From positions 181,622,819 through 181,669,299 of the forward strand of contig NC_068982.1 in the NCBI RefSeq assembly GCF_001194135.2: a stretch of 46,481 nt of DNA, in the 5' to 3' direction. The notes below the pieces were generated by a model, which made no database searches, had not been told where the DNA came from, and was given only the letters and a program-made list of their open reading frames with translations. The translations under genes and the position numbers were made by a program. Shown piece after piece: positions 1-13,145 of this stretch. Positions within the stretch are counted from its first letter, which is position 1. The number at the start of each line of letters is the position of its first letter. The stretch is from Octopus bimaculoides. Taxonomy: Eukaryota.

Positions 1-18
1 ATATGTATATAACATAAA

Positions 19-230
19 TAGTATATAAATATATGCATATACCCATGCATATATGTACACACCAACATATATATGTATATATACATGCATATATGGGTAC
101 AGGACATAAAAAAACATTAAACACAATCAGAAACAAAATGGACAGAAAGATATATCCCCTTTCGTCACGTGTCAGCGACGAGAGAGTCAAAGACGAAGAG
201 TGAGAGAGGGAGAGACAGAGAGACAGAGAG

Positions 231-262
<32 letters not shown>

Positions 263-585
263 AGAAGGAACAATGAAAGGGAAAATAAAATAGAGAAAGG
301 GTGGGAGGGAAAAACAAAAAGGATGAAGAACAAGAGAGTGAGAGAGATAGACAGAGAAGAGATAGTAGAAGAGTGCGCATCGTAATTATTAAGATAAAAC
401 TTACTTGGAAAAGGATGCGTGGCGTTCGATCAAATAATATTATAAATAATATATAAATATATGCATATATCTACACATATACGTAGATACCTACATATAT
501 ATGTATATATACATGCATTATATGGGTACAGGGTATCAAAAAAACATTAAACACAATGCGAAACCAAAACAGTGGAAAGAAGCGG
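19..585. repeat. Partial tandem duplication of a dispersed repeat (possibly Penelope-like terminal sequence) with an internal GA/GT microsatellite
   Basis: ~19-150 and ~447-580 are diverged direct copies (tatatgggtacagg...aaaaaacattaaacacaat...gaaac...gaaaga), about 430 bp apart. The GA/GT simple repeat lies at ~200-265. Family assignment is from memory only. Confidence 0.6.
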
Positions 586-1470
586 CTGAGGATGATTTTG
601 TTATAACTTTTTATGCATGTAAAAGATGTGAAACCTCCAGTGACAGAATCTCGAGTCAGATAATGACGTTCATATCGGCTCCCAGCTGCAGTGTTTCTAG
701 TTAGGAGCAGATGGGGGTTATATATACAATAACAAAAGAGAATTTTATCTAGATTAAATGTATCAATTAAGATGAAAGAAACATTTGTTTTTGCCATTTT
801 GAAATGTAACAGTACTTTTTTCCAACACAATATTGAGTATGAAGAGGAGTGTAGACAATGTAAGTTAATTCTCAATAATAATTGACTTTATATTTTCTCG
901 GATAGTGTCAAATTTCTTTATTGAAATATGTATTTGTGCATATTAATTATTATGTAGAGAATGTTTAATGAATGTAAATAATATATTCTCATATACCTGT
1001 ATGCATATAACGATATGTGCGTTTTGAAATTGCGTTTTTATTATTCGTATGGATCATGAGTTCACTAAGTATCACCTAATATTCAGAAAATATATGTATG
1101 GTAATTTTTTAAAAATTGAATAAAATGACCAACAAAATATCTTTGCTTGCTTCCTGCTATAAAAATGCAGTTACAAACATATTTCTGAATATTATAACGA
1201 AACTAGGAAATATGTAGTATAAAACAACAACATTAATATTTGATGAAATAACATTTATGGTTTTTATTTATAAAAGAATCCATTTGAACACATAAATGCT
1301 GCTGGATTAATGTCGTTTATATATATATATATATATTTGTTTTGCAAGATTTTGTTTTGGCCGAAATAATATTAAGATTAATGTAATATAAAGCTGAAGC
1401 AAATTAACACCAATTATACAGTGCGTGTGTTTTTATTGGCTAAACTGGCAATATGACCATCCCCAAGTAC

Positions 1471-1566
1471 NNNNNNNNNNNNNNNNNNNNNNNNNNNNNN
1501 NNNNNNNNNNNNNNNNNNNNNNNNNNNNNNNNNNNNNNNNNNNNNNNNNNNNNNNNNNNNNNNNNN
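1471..1566. other. Assembly gap (96 N)
   Basis: Run of N, flanked on the right by (AT)n. Confidence 1.
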
Positions 1567-1833
1567 ATATATATATATATATAAGCTTGTCTGTATTCAT
1601 TTTATTTTATGCAACAATAGATCAGTGGTAACTTATAAACAAGAAAACGGATAAATTTATATATAACGTAGAATTGGGGGAATTAAATTAAAAGTATTGA
1701 AATACACAATCAAACGAAGCATATACATTTACGTTTGTGTAAAATGGAATGTACACAAAGGTTGATAAATAATGTCATGCACAATAATATGATTACAATC
1801 ATGAATGTATGTACAGATAAACATAAACATACA

Positions 1834-3040
1834 TACGAAGGTTGACTGAAAATTTCATAGGATTACTATGAAGGGGAGATGCTAGAACCGCGAAATCTAG
1901 TGTGTATTAATTTCAATACATACTTCTTATTGATAATTGCATTGATCCTCTACAGGTAAACGGAAATGTGATTCTTCGAAAAAGATTTCAAAAGTATCTA
2001 GTAACAACATCTCTTGAAAATGGGAAATATTTGGCATTGGTGTGTTACCAAGTACCTGCTGAAAAAGGGTTTAGCCCCCAAGAACATTGAATCTGATAGG
2101 ATCGCTACATTAGGGAATGATGCTTCAGCTCTAAAGGCGCAAAAGTAAGCAGTTGAATTTTGATGAAGGAGGAGTTTTGAAGATGAAACCCTGCAACTTC
2201 CACCATCGATGAAAATATTAAACGTGTTCACCACATGATGATGTATGAGAAACAGTTGATTATACATCAAATAGCCTATATTATTAGCATATCCCGTGAG
2301 GTTTGAAGCTACTGTACACAATGAACGTGGCGTGACAAATGTTTCTGATTCAAACCGCATCAGCCTGACCATATCACGGGGAAATCCGACATGCTTTGAG
2401 GCAGATACAGCTGATTTGGTCAAATGTTTCCTACCCGAGGATTTGCGCTAGCTTCACCACTTTAAACCAGAGGCAAAGAGAGAATCCATATAGTGGAAAC
2501 ACACCTCCTAATCTGCTGCAAAGGAGGCTCAGGTTGTCTTACCTGCAGGGATGGTGATAGTCTCATGTTTTTCAAATCCAAAAGGTATTGCGTTTATTGA
2601 CTATCTTTGAAAGGGACATACTATTAATCGAGAGTAATATACCGAATTGCTGAGACAGTTACGAAAGGCTATCAAGATCAAATGCTCAAAGAAACTAACG
2701 AACGTTTTCTTGCTTCATCAGAACAACAAAGGAGTCCTTGGGTTAAATGGGTTCTGGGCGTGACTGGGACTTTGAATTGCTTGATTACCTTCCTTATTCT
2801 CAGTCTTCGGTCGCAACTGGCTATCAGCAGTTCCCCAAAATGAAAAAAAAAACTTGCTTAAGAACCAGTTTCGCAGTTCTTATGATATTTCTGTTGATGA
2901 TTTCTGTTGATAATTTCTAATGATTTCTGTTGATAATTTCTAATGATTTCTATTGATGATTTCTGTGACATCTTCACCAATTGGATCCAAACACTGCAAC
3001 ACTGATGGTAGAGGTGTGTGGACCGCAAGGGGGACTATAG
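1834..3040 (+). mobile_element. Decayed mariner-like DNA transposon (transposase pseudogene)
   Basis: Begins TA-CGAAGGTTGACTGAAAA (TIR-like). Frame-shifted pieces LKKGLAPKNI, GIAFIDYL*KGHTIN, RQLRKAIKIKC and C-terminal CVDRKGDY match mariner transposase. Many stops; no right TIR seen. Confidence 0.9.
2883..2966 (+). repeat. Short tandem expansion (variants of gatttctgttgataatttctaat) inside the mariner
   Basis: Repeated gatttctgttgat motifs interrupt the transposase tail before CVDRKGDY. Confidence 0.8.
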
Positions 3041-3155
3041 CAAGAATGACCACCAAATTCAAAGGGGACGGCGAACAAAAGCTCGAGAACTTGGCTAATA
3101 TGATGTACCAGGAAGGAGAGAAAAGATTTGGACTTGAAACAACAGGGAATGGAGT
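3038..3155 (+). mobile_element. Short fragment of an RLE-type non-LTR retrotransposon ORF (HERO-like)
   Basis: TTKFKGDGEQKLENLANMMYQEGEKRFGLE resembles, from memory, the pre-RT segment of HERO-type elements (pattern G..E.KLE.M..I.Y..G.ERFG). It abuts the truncated mariner end. Confidence 0.4.
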
Positions 3156-4759
3156 ATCATCGGAAAAGGACAGACCATCGACGTCCGCGTATGTGTATGT
3201 ACATATGTATCTGTGCACGTGCTAGACTTTACGGCGATTTCTTAACAGATATCTACTCCCACTGCAAGTGGCACCAAAACCAGAAAAGCCTCAATTCATT
3301 GTGGCGATCAGTGGCAAGCTGCTAAGAAATCTTTGGCCTTGTGCCGAAATTAGGATGAGATTTTAAGAAGGCACGTGGTTTGATGGGGGTAATTGCTACA
3401 GCATGAAATAAAACGAGTTGCAGTATGTGTTCCGATGTTGTCTACTTTGCATTTTATTATTCCTGGATCAGCGAAATACAGTTGAGACTTACTTATATAT
3501 AATATAACTTCTATATAACACTGTCAATTGCAGTGGTAATATGTGATTTAATGTTACATTTGTACATTATTTGTGGGATTTTAATGGAAATGTTCTGCGT
3601 TCCTAACATGTTTTTTTAGTTTATTGTGCACGCTTTTACTTTTGTACTCAATTTCTCAGTGTTCATCAAACTTTTGTATTTCTTAAAATGTCATGCTCAG
3701 TAGCATAAAGTTGATATTTTATTTTGCTTCTATAATGTTCTTTTGATATTATTGTTTAAATCCTCCCTGTCACAATATATATTTGTTAATCGTTTCTTTG
3801 TATGTTTCTTCAGAGATCTCGTGCATTATTGTTAAATCACTAGGCATCTCTTTATTTTTATATGAATATTTCTGATGATATCTGTTATTTGTTTTTAATT
3901 TCAGTTTTAATAAAAATGTAATATTTAGTATTTTATGAAAACATATTTCTCACGTTTTTTTTAAATTCTGTCTCAAATTGTGAGTGAGTGTTTTGTGTTC
4001 CCAAACTTATAATATGAATGCAGTTAATAATTCATTTAAAGTTTTTGAGATGATGATGTCTTAGTTTCTTAGCAAGAACTCAAAGGCATGAGAGGAAGCC
4101 TTTAACCTCCATGACGAACCTGAAGAATAATTGAAAAATTAACATAACAAATATGTGGCTGAAGCGACCGAGGAAGCATTCGTTCTGTAGTAGAATAATT
4201 AGGAAATTGTGAATTATTTTATTTGTAAGAGATAAAATAGAATTGCTGAAAGTAAGAACGAAAATTGTTTTGGTAATGGCATTGGTTGTGAAACCAGGTG
4301 CTAAATGTTTTTAAATGATTACAGAAAGTTTTCTAGCTCGAAGGAATGAAAATAACTAAAACACGAATTATTAATATGGAGTATAATGTTAATAGGGCAT
4401 TGGTTGGTGAAGACAATCATGTCTTTGGTATTATTTTGCTTGATAGTTGTCAGTTACAGTCACGTACGATATATTTTCCTTAACAAAATATAATGTCTAG
4501 TCAAAGTGTGTTAGAAGGACTCAAAAATAAAATTCCGGTATCCACCTAGAGTATAATGGCCAACCAACATCGTATCAAAAACTGTTCAATCAGAAATCAG
4601 AAGATAACAAATATTTAAGAATCGAAAGCTGTAACTTTAGGCTCCATAATTTAAATAAATCTGTAATTATTGTAGAAAGAGTACATAAATTAAAAAAGAT
4701 CCAGAATATAAAATATATTTCGTGATTCTCAATCATAAAAGTTCATTTTAAAATATCGT

Positions 4760-4940
4760 CTGTGTTGTAGGCAGAAGGACTGAAATTTGAAAGGATGAGA
4801 GGTAAGTAGAATACATCGACACCAGTATACCATGAGCACTTATTTTATTGACCACGAAAGGATGGCCGGCAGAACTCAAAGATAGATGAAATACTGCTAA
4901 GCAGTTTTTCCGGCTTGCAAAGATTCTGCAATCTCGCTAA
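4760..4940 (-). mobile_element. Diverged tRNA-derived SINE (octopus-type)
   Basis: Shares acatcgac..cagta, ttttattgacc.cgaaaggatg and gctaagca...agattctgc motifs with the copies at 37809-38020 and 38404-38605. Confidence 0.75.
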
Positions 4941-5679
4941 CATAGTTAATCTTAAAATATCGACAGGAATAGAAAGTCAGAATTGACTAACATGCACCAG
5001 ATAAAAATCAGTTGTGATCATCAATAGTATATTTAGATGTGAACATTACAAATGTATTAGTTAAAAAAAGTTGTTAATACATCAAAGCTATACATGAAAG
5101 AGAGATCAAAATCGGAGAAAAAATACTTTCCAAAATGAGCGATCGAAAATACTTAATGAAATCAATAACGGAGAATCTTAGTGAAGATATGAACAGCAAA
5201 CACAACCAAATTGTAGTATAACACAATTACGAATCAGGAATTGAAATGTTACTGAAGCAATAGATCCGCACAAAATTGCAGAATTTTTTTAAATCTTAGA
5301 TGCACTTAGCTATTCTTTCAACGGAAAAGGAAAACATAATCTACTAGTCATGATCAACACTTAGACGAAAACCAAAAACAAACGGAACAATTACAGTGTA
5401 TATTTAGATGTGCATATGTTGACAGCAGATCACTTACAAGTATATCTGAAATATGTGTCACCATCGCAGTTGCCTGAGGTCAAACACAGCGAGGAAATAA
5501 GCTATACAAAATTGCAATGTGGAAAATGATGAGGAAATGGTATCAATAGTCTAGTTTCTACTGTTCGCCACAATGAAGATTTCATTGCTTTAGTACGTAA
5601 TTCTCAAAATGTACGAAATAATCCTTCTGAAGGTACAAAATACACATTATTTAACATTCAATAATCCATTAATACCATT

Positions 5680-6400
5680 TACAGGTGTTTGAAAAAATAA
5701 TGGAAGCACCTTAAAATTTCAAACAAATATATGTTAATAAAGGGTAGGACCGACTTTGGCAGTAATTACAGCTTGAATCCTATGGGGTATGGGCTAGTAC
5801 AAAGATTGAATTGTTTCCAAATTATTTTTTGTCCATTCTTCAGCTAAAACAATATCTAATTGTTGTAGTGATGACGTGAACGTTATCGACTCCTTAATTG
5901 ATTTTTTTAAATGCACCACATATATTCCGTAATATTGAGATCTGAGGACTGTGATGGCCAGATAAGATGTTCAACTTCACTAGAATGTTCCTCGTGTCAT
6001 TGAATAACGACTTTAGCTGTGTAAATTAGTGCATTATTTTCCTGAAAGATTGCGTTTCCCTCCAGAAACATTTCCGCAAACAGGATGAATTTGATAAGAC
6101 AAAGTGCTTAAATAGTCTTCGCTATTAACTCTTCCATGAAGACAATCCATTGGGCTGGTCGATTTCCAAGATATAGGCCCCCAGATCATCACAGGTCCTC
6201 CTCTATGTTTAACAGTTGTAAGAAGGCAGTCTATGTCAAATGCCTCTTTTGGCTGTCTCCACACGTATACTCGGCCGGTAGTCGGAAATAAGGTAACGGA
6301 TGACTCATTCCAGAAAATAACATTTTTCCACTGCTGTGGGGACCAATTCTGTAGGGTTTTCAGAAACGTTGATATCAGAAACGTTGATTGATTATCAAAA
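5680..6400 (-). mobile_element. Decayed Tc1-like transposon, 3' two thirds with right TIR
   Basis: Minus-strand WKNVIFWNESS, VWRQPKEAF, TVKHRGGPVMIWG, FQENNA, IWPSQSSDLNITE and IPHRIQAVITAKVGPTLY*. TA-CAGGTGTTTGAAAAAATAATGGAAGCACC terminus at 5680. Confidence 0.92.
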
Positions 6401-7189
6401 AATGACCGATCTTTCTACTATGCAGCAGATCTGTGTTAGCCATGAGGTAAGAGATGGATGTCCACATACAAAGATAAGCCTGGCAGAGAGAGAAATAAAA
6501 TATATACCATAATTACAGAAATTTTGCAGATGGTTTGGTATTTTGCTTTGTAGAAAGTTTTAGCAACTTATCTCTATATATTGCCTGAGTATAAAATATT
6601 TATAATTTAAGTAGATCAGATTCAAGTATCTCAGCTTTATTATTTTGTTCATATGTTTTACTATGATGTGTATCTACTTTTACAACATTTAAATATTTGC
6701 ATTTCCCTATTCAAAAGAAATTCAAATAATACATTTCTTACTTTCATGTTATGGGAATAACATAAGACATTAAGGTGGTGTATCATTAAATGATTTTCCT
6801 GCGCTGAAATGAGAATATTCAAATAATGGCCCTCAAACAGTTTAATGCATACCAAAACAACGTAAATTTTAATATTATAGTCATACAGCACGTTGTTAAA
6901 CATTTCCAAGAACATTCTAAATTTAAAATAACTAACATTTGGATAAAAATAAAATTCACAAGCACCATTCATATTAATAAAGCCCTATCTCGTTTCCCAC
7001 TTTATTAGAATGACTAACTCGCAATAAATATCCTTGTTACGCTACAAATGATAGACAACAGAGGATAATTAATAAGGTGCACTGATAACAGAGTTCAGCA
7101 GCCATGTGATTGAATAGTTTAATTCAGCAGGACGGTGAACGCACATATCCTTGATGGCAACAAGTTCCTATCTCTGGCGCACAGTTATA

Positions 7190-7195
<6 letters not shown>

Positions 7196-7231
<36 letters not shown>
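7196..7231. repeat. (TA)n microsatellite
   Basis: Directly visible. Confidence 0.95.
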
Positions 7232-7235
<4 letters not shown>

Positions 7236-7544
7236 AAATATAGCAAGTAAAACTATCTAATACATATATTTTTTGTTTAAATGTTCTTCGTGCAGAACGC
7301 TTCATTTAATACTGTGTAATGACTGTTTTTCGTAAGCAGATGTTATCTTATATAACCGAAACGTATTAAATAAAAGACTATGGTATTGCATCCTGTTATT
7401 AGTGACAGGGATGTTGTATACCAGTGTTATAATAGTTTCAAAGAAAAATTGATAGGGTAAGCAACGTTTTGGGTTTTATGTTCCTTTTATTTATATGACA
7501 CACAGACACACACACACACAAGGACACTTACACACGCGTATATA

Positions 7545-7690
7545 AGCATGTATGTATTTATGTATGTATGTATCTATCTCTCTCTATATATATATGTTTG
7601 TGTATGCGTGTGTGTGTGTGTGTGTGTTTGAGTGTGTATGTGTGTTTGTATGTGTGTGTGTGTGTGTGTGTGTTTGTGTGTGTGTGCGTG
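7545..7690. repeat. Compound (TATG)/(TG)n microsatellite
   Basis: Directly visible; explains ORF 7552-7752. Confidence 0.95.
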
Positions 7691-10469
7691 TAACAATTGA
7701 ATTTAATTCAAAATATATATGTATGTTTAGTTCCATTATTTATTGGACTTAGTCGTACATTTATCTTGACGAAGGAAAAGTAATATCTAAATCTTACAGT
7801 GTTTGATATAGTTTAATAAACTCCAGAGGAAAATATCAAAAACATATTTCAATATAAACAGTATAGTATATTTATTTAAAACAAAATAAAATACATTATT
7901 TTTCTCAGAATTAATGAGAAAATGAAGAAAGGAAACAGAAGGCAGACGAGCAAAATTTATGTTAGTCTATTTGAGTTATCAGTTTTGCTATTGATTTTAT
8001 ACTGTTTGCGGTTCCACTAAGAGACCACATGCCAAATGTTGAAGTTCTATCAGTACTACAAATAGATATGTCAAGCGCGTACATCACGAATACATCTCCT
8101 TTTCTTGAGTGACTTTCAGTTCACTGTGACGAGCCGGACAACAACACACAGGAATACAACTACATGCATTCTCATATATACAAATACACACATAACGCCA
8201 CATTCACGCATGTGCACACGAGTATATTCCCGTGTGTAAATGTATCTGCAAACTGAAACGAATATATGGATAAGAATTTGTGCACTTCAAAATTTTTTTT
8301 ATGTATTTTCGTGTGAGTTTCTATTTGAAAAATATTTTGTTTCAAAAGAAAACAAAGAACACTCCATGACAGTGTTTATATTTTTGTATTTTTCAAAATT
8401 ATTTTCTTTAGCAATTCAAATATACTTTGGTTAAAAAGCTTTCAACATTTGATTGTGATTTATCATTTTGTTGTGTTAAATCCCAAACCACAAACGAATC
8501 AGAAATATCAACAGAAAATATTCCAGAAATAAGTTGAAATGGCTTTAGAAAGAAAGCCAACTTTTAATTGAATAGTCAAACAAAATATAATATATCAGTC
8601 TATGAAAATACGTTCCAAGATTACATTGTATGAGATATGAAACTGAAAATCAATAGTCTTTTAATGTTAACATAAAATTACAATGTCAATTGGAAACTAT
8701 TTCTAATGGGGATTTTTTTCTATTTGATTTCCTCATATTCATGAAACTATATTAGCTTAGCCTAATTGCAATATGGAGATGTAAATAATATAATACAAAA
8801 TACAGAACGGATACTATTTGTTAAGTAATCATTCTTCGGTTTAGGTCATTCAGCAAACGACGTAAGAAAATATTAAATTGCATTTGAATCTTTCAAGTGT
8901 GAAAACTTAAAGCTAACTATATTATCTTAAAGTGCGATTAACATTAATAAATGTCAGACAACATTATCTAAATATCTGACCATTATCACAGTAAACCCAC
9001 TCATGGCATGAAACATATCTATTTTATGATGGTAATTGTAGCCAATTTTTATAAATGTCTTTCCATATCCTCTAGGTCAGATGAAAGGAAGGTTGGAAAT
9101 AATATGAAAAATTACATAAAATATTTAAAACAAGACTGTATCCTGTAGAGCAAACTAAGCTCCCGGTATAATAATCAAGATTGCCGCACCAGAAAAGGTA
9201 AGTTTCTTCTTACCGGTTTTGATACAGATTGCTTCCTTTTAATATTATCACAAGGCATGGATATAACGTCCAATATTTATTTATTCCTTATTTCTTCCAA
9301 TCACTCATGCTCTACTTCTCAAAGTAATCAACAGAGCTGTCATTACTGAAAATGTCCTTCCAAGGTCTGCATCAATTAAGAATTTTAAGAATTAAATATC
9401 ATTCTGCAAGACACTACCTAACAATACTATTTAACAAGTTAGAATTTCATCATCGTGGTTTCTGATTCTGTGTTTCACTATGTATTGTTTGCAAACAATG
9501 GCTGTCGATAATAACAGGATTATCGTTATCCTGAAGATGGTGTTAGTTTTACTACATTTAATGATTTCAATATTTTCCTGAAGGCTCTCATGTAAACAGC
9601 TGTTTTCTTGGTGTGCGCAATCTGCGATTTTCCTTTTTTTTTATTTTTGTCAGTTGCACATGAAGGTACCGTGAAAAGACACGGGGAAGCGATGCATGAT
9701 GTTCGTTCAAAGCATATATTTTCAGGTTTCAAACATCTGCTCCCTCGCAGCTTATATATCAGCCATTTTGGATGCTGGTGTATGTACAGAATACATGTAT
9801 TGCTGTTCACATATATATGTACAGTAACAAATTCAGGTGTCAGATATTTAAATGGCTCTACACAGTGTTCAAAAATTGATAACAGTAGGATCTCTAGCAA
9901 ATCATACTTCAGCATCTTGAATGATAGATGATAAACTTCTAGATCCCACAAATCGAATAAAGTAGAAATGTTTTCATATTATATGCCCGCTTGATTAGAT
10001 TTCAATTGGAACTCCATAACAACAGCAACTTCAAAACAAAGTTAATTGTCCTTTATATTTTCTTTCCACTAAGATATGGTTAATTGTAATTTCGAGCTCT
10101 GTATAACCTCCTAGCAGATATTTTTAAATCGACCATGTTTTTAATAACTACTGCCAGTTGAAATGTAATTCATTAATACAAAAAGTCTTCAGTATCATTT
10201 TTTGCTGTTATGCAATCGAAGTCGACTGGATTTTGAACTGTTGATACAAAACCAGTTCTTAGTTTCATTGAGTTGGAATTTTAATATTTCTCGCAATTTG
10301 GAAATAAACGCCCTTGAAGTGTATCTGATATTTAACTCCTCCATAATTATACCGTCGAATACATACTCTGCAATATACGTATCTATTTATCCGAACTTTA
10401 TTTGCTATAATATATTTATACATTCATATGGAACATTACTACCAAATGATTCAGTAAAAGGATTATTAT

Positions 10470-11292
10470 TTCTTAGGAACATTACCCTAGCATAATGAAT
10501 AGTAATTGAATAGTTTTATCAGTTTTGTAGAACAATGCACAGCGGCATAACTTGCACGTCAGATGTAAGCAATTTTGGAGACAAATGACGACCTCATATT
10601 GTTAATGACTAGTCAAGTTCATTTTCATCTCAATGGCATGGTGAATCAAAAAAACTGTCGTTATTGAGCTCTTGAAAATCCGAAAAAACTGTAGGAAAGA
10701 CAACTGAACAACCCAAAGGTGATGGTTTAGTGTACTGTTAGAAAGCGGCCGTCATTGGTACTTACTATTTTGAAAATAATAATGGAAATTGGTACTGTGA
10801 ATTCCGAGTGTTACACCGAGATGAGTAACAACTTCTTTGTGCCTGAATTACAACGTATTCATTAAACGTATTCATTCGTGGTTTCAACAGGATGGGGCGA
10901 CGGTCCATATAGCCAGAGCAACAATGGATGTTCGTCGCCCTAACTTCAGTGACCGTTTCATTTCCAGGTTTGCTGATATACCTTTCCCCCGTCGGTCCCC
11001 TGATTTCTCCATATATGGTTATTTCTTGTGAGGAAAGCTCATGGCACATGTGTATTTGAAGGAGGCTATTCGCGTGGAAGTCGTCCACATTGACAGAGCA
11101 ATGCTGAAGAAAGCCTTCGGAAATGTACACCATGAAAACGGACACCATGTGATGGATGTTGTTTTCCACACTTACTTTTAACAAACCTTAATTCAATACG
11201 AACACATTGACATCAATAAAATTTGTTTACTACTAAAGTTAATAATTTTGTGAATTTTTCAAAAACGACTCTTCTCTTTGCCTCACCCTGTA
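10470..11292 (+). mobile_element. Decayed Tc1/mariner-superfamily transposon with D-41-D spacing (rosa-like), 5'-truncated
   Basis: HFHLNGMVNQKNCRY*ALENP, WFQQDGATVHIARATMDV, RRSPDFSIYGYFL* and ENGHHVMDVVFHT. Right TIR ...CCTCACCCTG followed by TA at 11291-11292. Confidence 0.9.
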
Positions 11293-13021
11293 GCACTCAC
11301 ATGGAAATGTGCAAGATCTCGCGCCAATATCTAGTGTTGTTGAATTGAGAGAAAATATTAACTATGCTAACTTTTAATGCTGCTAGGAGATTGACGTTAT
11401 CGTTCTTATAGTTTAACGTACCGTGAATTAGATATTATCAAAAAATTCAGATATGTCTTAAATTTTTTTTACCAAACACTGGTAAAGAAATTTACATAGC
11501 AGACGGTAAATTCGACTGCAAATTATCTCATGATGTATAGAGAAGGAACAGATGTTTCGCACGATATGGACTCAGATAGCCTTATGAGGATAAGAAATGC
11601 CATTCGGGACACGGTGCTGGACAGAACACACCGTATTGTATCATAGGCAAGTTTCTTCTCTGGTTAATGTGTAGCGACAAAATGAAAAGCATAGGATCAG
11701 ATAGCTATTTGGAAGAACAATCATGCACACAGAAGATGTAAGTGCATAATTTCGCACGTTTATATCATTAAATCTTGAAAGCTGATAGCGATTAATTGAA
11801 AATCTGTAAATGTGAAAATGTTTAAGTTCTTCTGCATTATGTTACTTCTGAAAGGAAGAAGAAACACGCTTGTTAGGATCACTTCATAAACTTTACTTGT
11901 TTGAATGACTGTTATGTGCTTCAAATAAATGCCAAATATTATCCTAAATAGAGATGAAATTTTGTAGCTTGTGGTTGTGTTATAGGGATGCATACTTATA
12001 AATTATCGTATCTTTTATATCTAGCTACCCAGAGTAATTCAAACTTAAACCTACTCAAATATACCTGCAAACAATGCATGTTCTTTTCGCACATAGCGTG
12101 TATATTATGTTACCATTCACAATATGAACAGTACCACCGAAACTGTTTTTCAAAGTTAGCTTCAAATCTCTGCTATTACATAGCCAAGCACCAAAGAACC
12201 GTTTGAAAGCTAATGCGTAAATCAACGAAAATATTTGTCGAGATAGCTTTACATTTTCTAAGAATGCCCTTTAAACAATTGTAATACTTTCAAGATCAAT
12301 ATTTCTTAACTATAGAATGAAAATGAAGCAAATAAATATTTTTTTCTGTTGTAAATTCGAATAATAGAAACTCTTTATATTTTTTCTTTCAATCACACTT
12401 TCTAAATGTATGGAGCGTTTTTGTTTTTGTTTCTTTTTCATTTATAAAAACGTGCACTTCCCGTTTGTAAGAAATATAAATGAAATGGTTGTTATAATAG
12501 GTTTTCAAAGATTTCTGCTTGGATTTTTATATTGAATCTAACCGATAAATAATTCCATTATTGAGAAATGTCTTATTTCTTTTGTCTTATATTTTTTTCT
12601 ATTTTCTTCACCTTCTAAAGAAATTGATTCTGAAAACGTTTTAAAATTTAATATTTTATTTTTATTTTATTTACCGTATTTTCATATTTGTATATGTTTT
12701 GTTTGCTGTTTTATTGTATTCTTTATACTCCACTTGTTTTCTAGAAGTTTTGTATGAAATAAGTTTATTGAGAAAAATGCTATAATGTTTTATTGAAACG
12801 CTGAATGCCACGGGGAAATTTGGTCATGACAAAATCGTTTTCCACATCGTATTTACCAAACATTCTTGTGTTTAAGGGCAAAATAATGGAAATACATTTC
12901 GCAGAAAAATACTGTAAGTTCATACATATTGCAAATAATGGAAATATATAAATGTTTTAAAACATATCCATGACAGAACGAAAAGTATTAACATTTGTAT
13001 TCAATTACGCTTCCACTGAAG

Positions 13022-13024
<3 letters not shown>

Positions 13025-13055
<31 letters not shown>

Positions 13056-13081
13056 GGAGAGAGCCAGAGAGAAATAGATAA

Positions 13082-13145
<64 letters not shown>
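13025..13145. repeat. (TA)n followed by (GATA)n microsatellite
   Basis: Directly visible. Confidence 0.95.

Noticed and set aside
165-385. ORFs 165-380 and 200-385, and similar ones at 7552, 19196, 23633, 24079-24379, 25800-26390, 27087, 34912-35496 and 42384-42770
   Set aside because: They are translations of dinucleotide, trinucleotide or tetranucleotide microsatellites, not genes.
471-875. 134-aa minus-strand ORF
   Set aside because: Partly overlaps the duplicated repeat, has an AT-driven composition and no recognisable domain.
9160-9197. Actin-like GIIIKIAAPEK
   Set aside because: Only superficial similarity to IKIIAPPERK, with an in-frame stop just upstream and no other actin exons.
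11490-11750. Protein-like short frames in a GC-richer patch
   Set aside because: All frames are interrupted by stops and no consistent splice-site pair was found.
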